Part shown: positions 46,445 to 57,555 of the stretch, piece after piece
Numbering within the stretch: position 1 is the stretch's first letter
Layout: the number at the start of each line of letters is the position of its first letter
Translations under genes and position numbers: made by a program
Source: Leidyana gryllorum EB-2025a
Taxonomy: Eukaryota > Protista > Apicomplexa
Assembly (NCBI GenBank): GCA_048772705.1
Contig: JBLWGC010000169.1
Location: 1-64,000, forward strand
Reading direction: 5' to 3'
Length of the DNA: 64,000 nucleotides
The notes under the pieces: generated by a model
What the model saw: only the letters and a program-made list of their open reading frames with translations
Told to the model about the DNA's origin: nothing
Databases searched by the model: none

Positions 46445-49114
46445 CTATCTATGGCTGCTGAGGGGGCGCGGTACATCAGAGTCGTGGTCGTCATAGAACG
46501 GTTGCGTGACGGTCTGATGAGTATTGGCCGATCTCGAGACGGCGGCTTGGGGTGTCTCATCTGTGCCGGCAGACGAGGGTGGAGGGATTTGATCGGAGTG
46601 GAGTCCCTGCTGTCTTAGAGAGAGTCGTCGCGAGACTGCGGCGTCTCTTTCTTCTCGGCGTCGTTCGATTAGGCGCTCGTGGGCTTGCCGCAGCATCGCA
46701 CTGATTTCACGGAGAGAGGGGCGATCGGACGGTCGGGGTTCCAGCAGGGCGCAGGCGATGTAGTTGAGGGCCGGAGAGTACCGCGGGGGCAGAATCTGCG
46801 GCAAATAGTACGTTTTGCCCTGAGTCCACCCCCAGAAAGGGAGAACATCGCCGTTGCTCCCGTCCACAGTCAATGAAACTGGTCTGGAATTAGCCGAGTC
46901 GCGAAGCCGTTTCAGGTCAGATTTCAGGTTCCCCAACATTTCGCGCCCCAATACCGACACATCAGACGCCGCCGTCACTCCCGGAAAGAAGTTTGCTATG
47001 CTCGAACTCCCGGAACGACATGTCTCCGACCCCCGCGTCGCCCGACGCACCTTCTCGTTGCTGCTGCTCCGATCCTCCACCGACGAAGACGACTTCTGCT
47101 GACCCAAACACAATTGAGACGCAAACGCGTGCTTCATGTGACACATCTCGTACAGAATACAACCCAAACTCCACGAATCCGTACTCTCAGTCAACGCCGC
47201 CCGCCGACACATCTCCGGACTCATGTAAACGGGAGTCCCCCGCGGACACCGCCGCGGACTCAAACTCACCGCCCCTTTACGCAACTCGCGCGCTATCCCC
47301 AAATCGCCGATCTTCGCCCGCTAAACAAACAACTGTTTCACACAACCAGATGAGAGGGACACATTCAACATTCAACAGGTGACAAAGACGGGTAGGGAGC
47401 AACGCCCTCCTTCCACTGCCAGTGCTCACACCGGGTGCGGTCTGTGGGGATAGCTCTCAGGCGCCACGGCCCTTAAATGCCACCGAGCCATCCGGCCACC
47501 GCCGGTCGCGGGCCGCTCTCGGCGCACAGTGCGCCACGACGTTTGCGCCGGGTGTGCACTTGCTGTGCAAGGGGTGATGCCTAGCGGCCTGGCGCTCAGT
47601 GCACAAGGAATGTGCACCATGAGACCCAGACAGAGGTGGAGGCGGACAGAGGTGGAGGCGGACAGAGGTGGAGGGCGTCATCACACTGACATTGACATTG
47701 CAGATTGCAGATTAGCATTGACGGAGAGTGAATATTTGTCGGGCGCGTTGTTTTGCGCAAGGTTGAGGGGCGGGGTTTGTTGGTGTTGGTGTTGACTTAC
47801 ACCTTGATCATCGAGGAAGATGTTGCTGGATTTGAGATCGCAGTGGAGGACGCTATGTTCGTGCATATGTCGGAGTCCATTTGTGATATCGATCATCCAT
47901 TCGTATATTTGTGCTTCGTCTACGTGTCTTCCGAGGCTGCGTAGTTTGACGAGGTGTGAGTAGAGGTCGCCGACGGCACAGTATTCCATGATGATGACGA
48001 GTCTGGAGTCTGTGACGAATGAGTTTGCATATTCGACGATATTTGGGTGTGTGAGTCTGCGTAGCAATTCGGCTTCGAGTAGTGCCTGTGAAGCCTCGAT
48101 GGCGTCTCCGAAGCGAGTGAGATCGACAACTTTGGCGGCCCACAGGCGTTTCATTTCGGGGTCATTGATATTTCGGACGACGTGTACGGGGCCGAGTGAG
48201 CCCTCTGCGAGATAGTGTACATATTGATAGCCTAATTCGGTGAAGTCGCATTCTGAGTTGCGGCTGGGGAGTTCAATTCTGAGTGTGGCTTGTTGCGGGG
48301 GGGGCGGTTTGAGGGGTCCAGCGGCGGCGACGTTCTGCAGTGCGGCGGATGGCTTATTTTCGTCGGTGGCGGTGGGGAAGCCGGCGGCGGCGGTTGTGTG
48401 CATAAAGGACTTTGCGGCGGCGGCGGCATTGTGGGCGGAGCGGGCTGCCTGGGGGCGTGCGGGGCAGCTGGAGGGTCGTCCGTCGAGGGGGGGCGGTGGT
48501 GTGCGGGGGCGTCGGGTATTGAGGTCGCCTGTTTGGCGGATGGCGTCTCCGTCTCGGTGTGCATCTTGTGTGGTTGCGGGTGGTTTGTTGCGTTTGTGGT
48601 GTCTGTGGAGTTTGAGGAGGGAGTTGATGTGTCGTCGTTCGTCGGGAGTGAAAGTGGGTTCGACATTGGTGGGTGCGCGTAGCCGAATGGAGTCAAATTT
48701 GTGTCTCTCTTCGGCTACGACATTGTGGGACTGTTGCAATACACGGAGGAGAGCGTTGCCGAATTGGGGGTCTTCGATCATGTGTGGGGTATCGTCGCGC
48801 GAGGTGTGTCGTTTGCGGCGTTGTTCGAGCCACGCGTCGATCTCCATTAGGGCCTCAGGCGGTCCGCCGGTCTGATAGACCTCGAGCAGTTTTCTCATAA
48901 CGGCGTCTCGGGTGAGGGGCGAGGCCGGCGGTACCGTGAGGGGCGCCGACATGGGCGAGAGGCGGGGATTGTGCAGCGTCGTCGGCGACGACGTCAAATA
49001 ATCCTCGTCGGCGCCCCCCCCCGGCGGCGGCGGCGGCGGCGACCTGTCTTGTCGGGGGTCCACACAACGAAGAGTGCGAACGAGACGGCGGATACAACAG
49101 GTGTACTGCGCCAT
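46445..49114 (-). CDS. NIMA-related (NEK) Ser/Thr kinase with long N-terminal extension
   Basis: AAK, EAELL..L.HPNIV, IIMEYC..GDL, HCDLKSSNIFL, intron 47321-47800, KIGDLGIAR, GTPVYMSPE, DSWSLGCILYEM and RPS. Confidence 0.88.
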
Positions 49115-49150
49115 TTTCTTTTTAGGACATAAAGAGACGATCTGCCAAAA

Positions 49151-50488
49151 ATGAGTGAACAGATCCTCGCTGCCGACGCAACCCAACCGGCCGCGTCCCC
49201 GTCTCCTCCGCCTACGACGACTATTGGACCACAATCAAACCCCGCGCCGCCCGCCGCCTCGGCCGTCATCGAACACGTCAACAACTATTACATTCCTCGC
49301 GATGAGATCGTTCGCGCCATACCGCTCGGAGGAGAACCCTCCATGGGAATGACCGCTCCCTACAAAACCCATCAGGTCCGGGCCTTTGAAGTCGCAGCCA
49401 CCTACGGACGAGCCGCCGTCCATCACAAACACCGCTACGACTCCGACTCCGACTCCTCCTCCTATTCCAGCGGGTCAGACTATAACGACTCCTCAGACTA
49501 TTCAACCGACTCATATTACGACGACTCGGACTCTCACAACGACTCTGACGACCACTACACACACTCGGCTGACTACCACCACCGCTCCTGCACACGCTGC
49601 GGACGCCCCTGCAAGTACTGTAAGAGCCGACACGACTCCAACAACACCAACTCCGGCGACTCCCACCGACCCCGAGACTACCGCCGCGACCGCCACCACA
49701 AACGCGATCTCAAACGCGACCACTCCGACCCCCGAAAGGGCGGAGACGCCAAACGAGACAAACTCGCACGCAGAGACAGAGACGGAGACGCCAAACGCGA
49801 TCATCACAAATCCAGACGCGATCGATACAGAGACGCCAAACGCGCCGGACACAAATCCTCCTCCGCCAGACGCGATCGCGAACGCGAACGCAAAGCCGCC
49901 GATCACAAACGCGATGACACCCGACCCCGCCACCGCCACCACACTAACGAAGACTCACGAAGCCGAAGCCGCGATCTCAGCCGCAACCGCACCGGCGGCA
50001 GCGACAGCGATGATCTCGTCATCGTCGTCGGACGCCAAGTCACCCGCGAACAACTACGCAAAATGGACCCCAACCTCAGAGACAAACTCATTCAAGCCGC
50101 CCGTCCCAACAATCGAGACGCCTCCCCAGACGTTCGAGACCGCTCAGCCTCCTCCAAGAAAAAGAGATCACCAGACGAAACCCACTCACGCCGACACAAC
50201 CGACCTTCAAACAACAATTATAATACCAAATCAAAAGACCGTAAGGTAACCATAGATCGAGACGAGGAGGAGGAAACACCCGTACAACAACGGGACTTCC
50301 CCCCCCAACTAACACATCACTACTTCCACCACTACCCTGAGCTTCCCAGCCATAAGACCAATCCCTTCACGGTCAAAACTGCAGTGCCATTGCAACGCAA
50401 TGTAGACACCCCTGCACCCGGCGTTCAAGCACTCCATCACTATCCTATGACTGAGCGAAACGCTATGTTACTCAAATCCAGTAAGTAA
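49151..50488 (+). CDS. Low-complexity D/R/H/S-rich protein, unknown function
   Basis: 445-aa ORF with YDSD-rich and RD-rich tracts and a CxxCxxxCxxC cluster. Confidence 0.7.
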   Translation: MSEQILAADATQPAASPSPPPTTTIGPQSNPAPPAASAVIEHVNNYYIPRDEIVRAIPLGGEPSMGMTAPYKTHQVRAFEVAATYGRAAVHHKHRYDSDSDSSSYSSGSDYNDSSDYSTDSYYDDSDSHNDSDDHYTHSADYHHRSCTRCGRPCKYCKSRHDSNNTNSGDSHRPRDYRRDRHHKRDLKRDHSDPRKGGDAKRDKLARRDRDGDAKRDHHKSRRDRYRDAKRAGHKSSSARRDRERERKAADHKRDDTRPRHRHHTNEDSRSRSRDLSRNRTGGSDSDDLVIVVGRQVTREQLRKMDPNLRDKLIQAARPNNRDASPDVRDRSASSKKKRSPDETHSRRHNRPSNNNYNTKSKDRKVTIDRDEEEETPVQQRDFPPQLTHHYFHHYPELPSHKTNPFTVKTAVPLQRNVDTPAPGVQALHHYPMTERNAMLLKSSK

Positions 50489-50945
50489 TCCTGCGCGGAA
50501 ACACTCCTGCAACCTCTCAAATCGAAACATCTCCCTGCAATGTGCCATCCTCAATCAACTGACCTCTGTGCTCTCTGCTCTCTGCACCGTGCTCTGTGCA
50601 ATGTGCGATGTACCCGCTGCACAGCGTCGATAATCATCATGCAAAAGCGACCTGTGCACGCGACTGGGACTCTCCAGCACGCCCACGCCCTGCCTGCCCG
50701 CCCCAGCGGACATCCGACCTTGGGTGCGGATGATGGACCAACTCCCTTTGTTTCGTTGTGAATAATCAGATCACTCCTTATTACTCATCGCCAATGCAGG
50801 TTATCCAGCCAACGGGCGTGGACAGAGCGAGCAGCCGTACGATCACTTGCGGATTTCCACATTCGAGCTGGCAGGAAATGAGCAGCAGCCCAGACCTCAG
50901 CAGTGACCGTGAATTTTTTGTGGTTTGAGTAGCATAAAAAACGAT

Positions 50946-51710
50946 ATGGCCAGCCTCAGGCAAGGTGGGGCTTTCGGCGACTTGGATTTTGCCGATGTGG
51001 AGAACCCTCGGGTTATGGCGGCAGGCGAGCCAAAGAGGGGCGGAAGGGGGTCGCCTCATCAGAGAGTCGGGGCTCAGCGATTGAGAGACGATGACGACGG
51101 TTTCAACGCCAAAGGAGACCTTCTCGATGTTTTTGTACCCAACGTTGGTATAGACGAAGCCTCAACAAGCGAATCGGATGTGCTCAGGAGGAGAGGGCCC
51201 GTTCCAAAAATGAAACAGCCTTCAGCCGGTCTGACAGACCAATGGGAAGCATTATTGGCCGCCAAACTGGCAGAGCAGAAGAACCCCCCATCCACTGATA
51301 AAGCTACCTGTTGTCAAGGGTGCCCTATAACATATCTGCCACCGCCCCCTCAACCACCGGCGATGCCGCAACCCGATGTCCAGATTCAATATGAAGAACC
51401 GGCAGCAGAGATTCCGTGGGGTACAATGCTTATGGGAGGGATGCTGGCGAGTGCAGTAGCCGCCAGTGTATATTTTGCCTTTTTTGGGCACAAAGACGAT
51501 CAGGCAGCTCGCCGTCGGCACCACGGTCGACGTCGGCAAGCTGGTCCGACCTATTATACACCCGCAGGACCACCCCAAGTGTCAACCCCAGTGTGGGCAT
51601 TCGTCCCTGATGATGATCCTCCACGACGCCGTCGGAGGGATAGTCTAGACTCTGACGACAGCTCCTACAGCGATTATAGCGATTATGATACAGACTTGGA
51701 CGGATATTGA
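50946..51710 (+). CDS. Single-pass membrane protein, unknown function
   Basis: TM WGTMLMGGMLASAVAASVYFAFFG; acidic/Tyr C-terminus. Confidence 0.65.
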   Translation: MASLRQGGAFGDLDFADVENPRVMAAGEPKRGGRGSPHQRVGAQRLRDDDDGFNAKGDLLDVFVPNVGIDEASTSESDVLRRRGPVPKMKQPSAGLTDQWEALLAAKLAEQKNPPSTDKATCCQGCPITYLPPPPQPPAMPQPDVQIQYEEPAAEIPWGTMLMGGMLASAVAASVYFAFFGHKDDQAARRRHHGRRRQAGPTYYTPAGPPQVSTPVWAFVPDDDPPRRRRRDSLDSDDSSYSDYSDYDTDLDGY

Positions 51711-51798
51711 GCGAGCGAGCGAGCGAGCTAGCGATCAAGCGAACGACGAGTCAATGCGTGCGTGCGTACATTGTGTCAGTATTGTCGTTAGAAGCATG

Positions 51799-53910
51799 TT
51801 ACATCTTGTTGGCCGCAACCATCCAAGTCACCACAATGATACCCAGAATCACCACCAACGTAATAGAACCCGTTGTCCATAGGAAAGCAGCAAAACTGTC
51901 TTCTCCTCCATTCACCAAGTTCATACCGAATATACCTACATGATTGCTGTGCAAACGGGAGCGTGCACACAGACAAGCTCACCTGAAATGCAAGTTCCAA
52001 TGTTCAGAAAGGTCGTTAGCACAGTGCCAGCGAGTTCGTAGTACACCAATGAATTCCTTGTGAGCATCATACGCAGAGTGAGCAGCTTCTCCGCGTTGTC
52101 GATCGACCGCAGAACCGCCCGCACTCTCCGTTCGAACTGATATTGATTGAAACAGAACAATCGAACTTGATACCGAAACCCTACTCACTTGATTGACTTC
52201 CTGTTCATAAAACTCAAGCATAATCTCCAGGTCCGCGTTAGGCACTTCGTCCTACATATACAGTCATTCATGCATGAACGAGCCGCTTCCCGAGGACGAC
52301 TTACGAGTAAATCAGTTTCATTACATAGATCTGGGCGATAGAAGAATTTGGACAGCTCCATGAACTTTAGATCCTCAGGGTGACTCAGCAAGTCGCTGAA
52401 GGCGGTAGACACCGAGCGGACAGTGTCGGAGTATAGTTGACAGGGTGACTTGATTGAGTGCAGGACTTCCAGGCGAGTTGAACTGGGACTGTTCTTTGTG
52501 ACTCGTCGTTCCACCCGGTCCAGTGTTTCTTCCATCGTAGCGAGCTCAGTCTGGAGCATCTCGAAAGCAGTAACTAGACACACCTCGAGTAAAGCGAACT
52601 CGAGGGGGAAACTGACGAATCTGTCGAATGAATATACACGGTGATCTTTCAAATTCTCAGTTCCCCGCATACCTGGGCACTTTGGTACTCTTTTCTTCCC
52701 CAGCGGCCTCTCCTTTAGACGGAGTAGGTCCGCCAAATAGCATATTACTTCTAGAACCGATCTGTTTCAGCGCACCCTCGGCTATTGAAGCCTTTGCAGG
52801 CGCGGCAGGACTCGGCTGCGCAGACAAGGGTGAGGGGGTAGCGCCCAAACTCCGAGCACGATCGGTCTCCAGGCTGCAAGAAGTGTGCGTGATTACACTT
52901 GATCACCCAGTGCAAGTTGCAATACACGGGGTCGAGCATCAGTGGGCACCATTTTGCAAGGCGATGGTGTGCACATAGATAACATTGTGCACGCGGCAAG
53001 CACACCGAAGTGACTGGTTGATATGTTTACGTATCTTACTTCATGTAGTATTGTTTTGTTGCCTCGGCAGTTCGGGCATATTGAGCTGTAATTTCCTCGA
53101 GTTTGAGCAGGAGGTTATCGTATTCGAGGCCATCATTGACCATGAAGACGCAGCGGTCGTGCATGATGATGGCGGTGATGGGCTGGAGACACACCACGAT
53201 ACAGTTTCTCCTCACTTCAATTGACGCACTCGCCCCCCCGTCAGTGAAAACCTGTTTTTGGAAGCGTAGTGTGAAGGGTGATCGGATGGGCAATTTGTGG
53301 GTGTTACCTGGCGGATATCTCTGTAGGTGAGGTCACCGACACCCTGTTTGGGTCTGTGGGAGACGAGGCTGGCGGCTTTGGTGAAGGAGGACATTCCAGC
53401 GACAGCGGGAGCCTCTGGGGAGAATTGGTGATATCTGACTCGGTGGAGAATCTCGGAGGGAGAGACTTCGACAAGTTGATGTGCCCCATTGGCGACCTCG
53501 ATCAACATGATATTCCCATCCATTTTGCTCTTTACAGCATTGACCTCAACGCTCTGGTGAGGTTTTCGGGGCGGTCGGTGGGGGGGGGCGACGCGTTGAG
53601 TGGCCGGCACCATGACGGGTAAGTCTGCCGCTGCTGCGGCTGCAGCCGCATTGTTGATTCTGGCTGACGTGTCAGCCCCGAAGAAAGAGGGTTCGTGCCA
53701 TTCGTATTCGTAACGGTTGGGGAACTGGCTGGCCCTCGTCTTGAAGGAGGCGGTGCGGGAAACGACCTGGGCATCGGGCGAAGAGGACCGGCTGGAGGCG
53801 TCGGGAGGCTGCGGGCTGTTGTTGCGGCCGCGTATGGGGGGCGGATTTAGCAAACCGCCGGCGCCGCTGCTGCTGGAGCTCGAGTGGAGATGCGCGCGGC
53901 GTCCCTCCAT
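51799..53910 (-). CDS. CorA/MRS2-family magnesium transporter (multi-exon)
   Basis: LTYRDIR, IEVRRNCIVV, PLEFALLE, DLEIMLEFY, and last exon GIFGMNL followed by a TM segment and TAA at 51799. Confidence 0.9.
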
Positions 53911-53958
53911 GCCGCCATACACAAATTTTCTCACTGTGCATGATGCACAATAATCATC

Positions 53959-56115
53959 TTAGATCTTGCGCAAACTCCACATGAACACGACCAGAATGGA
54001 GGCGAGGACCATCCAGGCCAGCAGGAGACCAGCGACTTCGACAAACGAGTCAGCGCGACGAGCTAAGGAGTACAGAGGGACAATCAGTGGCACAAAGACG
54101 GCTGTGCCGGCGAACAGCAGTAGGATGGCTCGGATGGTCAGGAAGAAGCGATGTGGGGTCGCGGGAGCGAAAAGACGATAGGTGTACCACATCGGTCCCG
54201 CGACGTACAGCACTATTGAGGGTCCCAAACCAACCGACATCACTATACTTTTGATCGCTGTCGACACCTCTGTCGGCAGAAAGAAGGCTGCCGGGCTCGC
54301 CATCCCCAACGCTCCCAATAACAGCAGTACCGGAAATATCTCACTCCGATCCACCACAAACCCAAACAGCAAAGCCAACGCGGGAGCCACGAACCATTGC
54401 AGACGTTTCAGTACCAAAGGCAAAGATCTGTCTGCACCACTCTGACCGTCTCCGTCGTTCAAGTAACTCAAACTCCACACCATCGAAACGGCCGATGCCG
54501 CTAACAATGGCACCAAAGGCAGTATCAAAGCCGATGCCCGCCCGGCCATAATACGCCTCCAAGTCAACGTCTCGCTCGATGTCACTCGAGTCACGCAGCA
54601 AGTCCGCCTCGTCGGCTCGTTCGCACTTCTCTGTGCCTCCAACCGGTTCTGCTCCCGTCTCTCTATGTCCGCTGCACTCGGTATCTGCAACACCAACCAC
54701 GCCAAAGGCAACAAACACAACGCGTACACCAAATACAATGTCGAAAACGACGCCAACTCTTCCTCCACCATCCATTCCATCAGTCCAGCCGTCAACAGCC
54801 CACCAACCAGACGGCTCGCTGCGATTATACCTCCACACAAACCCACCAGTTCGTATCGATTCACAATGTCCAACAAACCGATACTCGCCATGTGCCCCCC
54901 TGCTGACACAAACAGATATCCCGGACGTACCAGTCCACGCCACGACCGCGATCGGTGAAAATATGGCTGCGCTCCGCCCGAAGTCCGAGAAGAAGTACCA
55001 CCCGAAGGCCCCTGACTCACTATCCGCTGCCAATTCCCCACCACCGGCACCGGACCAGTAGGCTTGTTCAACAAGGCCGCCACCGTCGGATCAACCGACC
55101 CACCAGGCCCGTATTGCACACCGCTATGTGCGTGATGCACAGAACCCGAAGCATGGCCATGTTGTGCACTCTGACCTTGCTGTGCACTTTGACCATGCTG
55201 CGGGTTCTGTGCACTTTGATCCGGTTGCACCACGCTTTGTCCCACGGGCGCTTGCGCTGTGCTCTGCTCTATGTGCACTGTGCTGCCAGAGAGGCGTCGG
55301 ACGGACGGGGGGTGGTTATCGCGATTCGGAGGAGTCAGCAGTGCTCGTGACCGAGATCCAATCGGTTCTGATCCGAATCTTCGTCCGGGCGGGTCGGGGG
55401 GAGGCGACCACCAGACCCCGACGGGGGGTTGGCGGTTTTTGGAGGCGGCGGCGCTTTTTTCCGCGTTGGCGTCTGCGTCTGAGCAGGCCAACAAGAAGAG
55501 CCCCGATGATTGCAGTGCGAAGGCAGTGGCTGTGGCTGTTCGATGACCAGAGACTCCTAAGAGCCACGCGCCGACTGCCCCCCATAAGAGCGATCCAGAA
55601 ACCGCGATCACGTACAGTGAGTGGGCGGCGAGTTGGCCGCTTGTGGTGTCTGAAGAGGGTATTGGAGACGCGATGAGCCACCACGGCCCGGTAAGCAGAG
55701 ACGCGAGAAATCCGAGGAGCAGAAGTCTTTTGGTCGGACGTTTGTTGGCGTTTGCCGACGGTGCTAACGGGGACTGTTCTGAGGTAAGTGTCAAGGAGGC
55801 GGTTGAGCCACCGCCTGTACAGACAACGTTTCGCGGTACTTCTTCGTCGTAGACCCCGACCAAGTTGCGGTAGAGGGGCAGATTGATCACTTGGCTTCCA
55901 CCGCCGTCCAGACTGCTGAACGACTGTCGCCCGCCACTTCCGACTTCGCTTGACAAGTTTCGCTGTGGGAGAAGCTGTGGGTGTCGTGCCCGGGGAGGCG
56001 CAGACAGAAGTACAGATTCGATTCCACACCCCGACGGGTGGGGAGCCCAACATCTCCGCTCAAACTGATATGGCTGACTGTGCACTTGGACCAAAGGGAG
56101 AGACGGAGACGACAT
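53959..56115 (-). CDS. MFS-like multi-pass transporter (divergent, possibly ApiAT/SLC43-like)
   Basis: About 11-12 hydrophobic segments; FGFVVDR loop motif; large hydrophilic insertion after the third TM segment. Confidence 0.65.
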   Translation of the reverse strand: MSSPSLPLVQVHSQPYQFERRCWAPHPSGCGIESVLLSAPPRARHPQLLPQRNLSSEVGSGGRQSFSSLDGGGSQVINLPLYRNLVGVYDEEVPRNVVCTGGGSTASLTLTSEQSPLAPSANANKRPTKRLLLLGFLASLLTGPWWLIASPIPSSDTTSGQLAAHSLYVIAVSGSLLWGAVGAWLLGVSGHRTATATAFALQSSGLFLLACSDADANAEKSAAASKNRQPPVGVWWSPPPDPPGRRFGSEPIGSRSRALLTPPNRDNHPPSVRRLSGSTVHIEQSTAQAPVGQSVVQPDQSAQNPQHGQSAQQGQSAQHGHASGSVHHAHSGVQYGPGGSVDPTVAALLNKPTGPVPVVGNWQRIVSQGPSGGTSSRTSGGAQPYFHRSRSWRGLVRPGYLFVSAGGHMASIGLLDIVNRYELVGLCGGIIAASRLVGGLLTAGLMEWMVEEELASFSTLYLVYALCLLPLAWLVLQIPSAADIERREQNRLEAQRSANEPTRRTCCVTRVTSSETLTWRRIMAGRASALILPLVPLLAASAVSMVWSLSYLNDGDGQSGADRSLPLVLKRLQWFVAPALALLFGFVVDRSEIFPVLLLLGALGMASPAAFFLPTEVSTAIKSIVMSVGLGPSIVLYVAGPMWYTYRLFAPATPHRFFLTIRAILLLFAGTAVFVPLIVPLYSLARRADSFVEVAGLLLAWMVLASILVVFMWSLRKI

Positions 56116-56294
56116 CTAACACATTCCCCCGCTTTTCCCCCTCATCTGGGACGTACTCACAGTGCAGAGCGCACCACGCCACGCACAAGAATATCACGTT
56201 GCGCAACCAGTGCACTTGACTTCAGCGCACTTTGCGCCAGGTCTTATCGAGACTCCACTCAAATAGTTACCAATTTCTTTTTGATAATTTATCC

Positions 56295-57539
56295 ATGATA
56301 ACACGGCGGCTATACTATGATGCGTGTTATCAAACCGAGTTTGTCGGGCGTGTAACTCGTTACGAGTCCGGGGCCAAAGAGGGTGAGGGACGTGTTTGGC
56401 TTGACCAGACGTGTTTTTACCCAACGTCTGGCGGTCAACCGAACGATGTGGGGCTGTTGGGTGGTTTCCAGGTGGTGGACGTGGAAAAGGCGAATGACGA
56501 GGATGTGATTCATCATGTCTTGCAAACTGGCGATCTCAAGATGGAAGAAGTGTTTGTGGTTGGGACGGAGGTATCGGGACAAGTGGATTGGGATCGTCGA
56601 TTTGACCACATGCAACAACACAGCGGTCAGCATCTCGTCACAGCTTTGCTGGAGAAGAATTACAATTTGGAAACGGTATCCGTGCACATTGGAAGTGATC
56701 TGTGCACTTTGGATTTGAGTGCAGTGTGCGAGGATCGAGATGTGCACCGTAAATGGGAGTTGATGGTTGCCGATGCGGTGTTCAATGACTCGCCCATCAC
56801 GATAAGCTACCGGCCGCCGACCGAAGAAGAGGCGAAGACAAAGCACGGTGACATTCGGATTATATCGATTGGGGATGGTCGCGGCAAGGATGTCCCGCCT
56901 CTGGACGAGAATCCTTGTTGCGGCACGCATCTGAACAGTACGGGTCAGATTGGTCCACTGATCATTCTGGGGGTTCAGAAGGTGCGAGGCGGGTCGCGTT
57001 TGACGTATGCGTTTGGGAAACGCGCAATTCGAGTAATGCAAGAGCACAATACGGCTCTATTTGAGTTGAACAAGATGTTGAAAAGTCCCCCTCTCAAGAT
57101 GGCGGCAGCAGCCGATCAGTTGGTCAAAAGCAACAAACAGCTGACGAAAGAAAAGGCTCAATTAGTCACTGATCTCGGCGAGGCTAAAATGAGAGCCGCT
57201 TACGAGAAGTTGAAGATGGCACACACTTCTTCACCTTCACCTTCCATCCCCACCATTGTCACTCTCGTCCAGGAGGCTGTGGACGATCTGGAGGCCGCAA
57301 TGGCCAAAACAGCGCCCCTTTTGGATGAATGCCTCTTTGTCGCGTGCTCGACGAAGCCGCCCTTCAAAGTGATAATTGGCTCTTCGGTCGGCGGGGCCGA
57401 CGAAGCCGTGAAGAAACTCAACAAGACGTTCGAAGGCCGCGGCGGCGGCTCCAAGACAGTGGCGAGCTGCTCGTTGGCCCGTCAACCGGCGTTGGCCGAT
57501 GTGCTGAAAGCCTTCGGACACGATGCACCACCACAATAG
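56295..57539 (+). CDS. AlaX-type trans-editing aminoacyl-tRNA deacylase (AlaX-L/AARSD1-like)
   Basis: LYY, DQTCFYPTSGGQPND, RRFDHMQQHSGQH (HxxxH), CCGTH (CxxxH) and C-terminal GRGGG; intronless. Confidence 0.92.
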   Translation: MITRRLYYDACYQTEFVGRVTRYESGAKEGEGRVWLDQTCFYPTSGGQPNDVGLLGGFQVVDVEKANDEDVIHHVLQTGDLKMEEVFVVGTEVSGQVDWDRRFDHMQQHSGQHLVTALLEKNYNLETVSVHIGSDLCTLDLSAVCEDRDVHRKWELMVADAVFNDSPITISYRPPTEEEAKTKHGDIRIISIGDGRGKDVPPLDENPCCGTHLNSTGQIGPLIILGVQKVRGGSRLTYAFGKRAIRVMQEHNTALFELNKMLKSPPLKMAAAADQLVKSNKQLTKEKAQLVTDLGEAKMRAAYEKLKMAHTSSPSPSIPTIVTLVQEAVDDLEAAMAKTAPLLDECLFVACSTKPPFKVIIGSSVGGADEAVKKLNKTFEGRGGGSKTVASCSLARQPALADVLKAFGHDAPPQ

Positions 57540-57555
57540 CCGCTGTTGGAACGCG

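Noticed and set aside
49386-50249. Thr/Pro-rich mucin-like ORF in an alternative frame
   Set aside because: Frame shadow of the GAC/CAC/CGC-rich 49151-50488 ORF; no ATG start or signal peptide.
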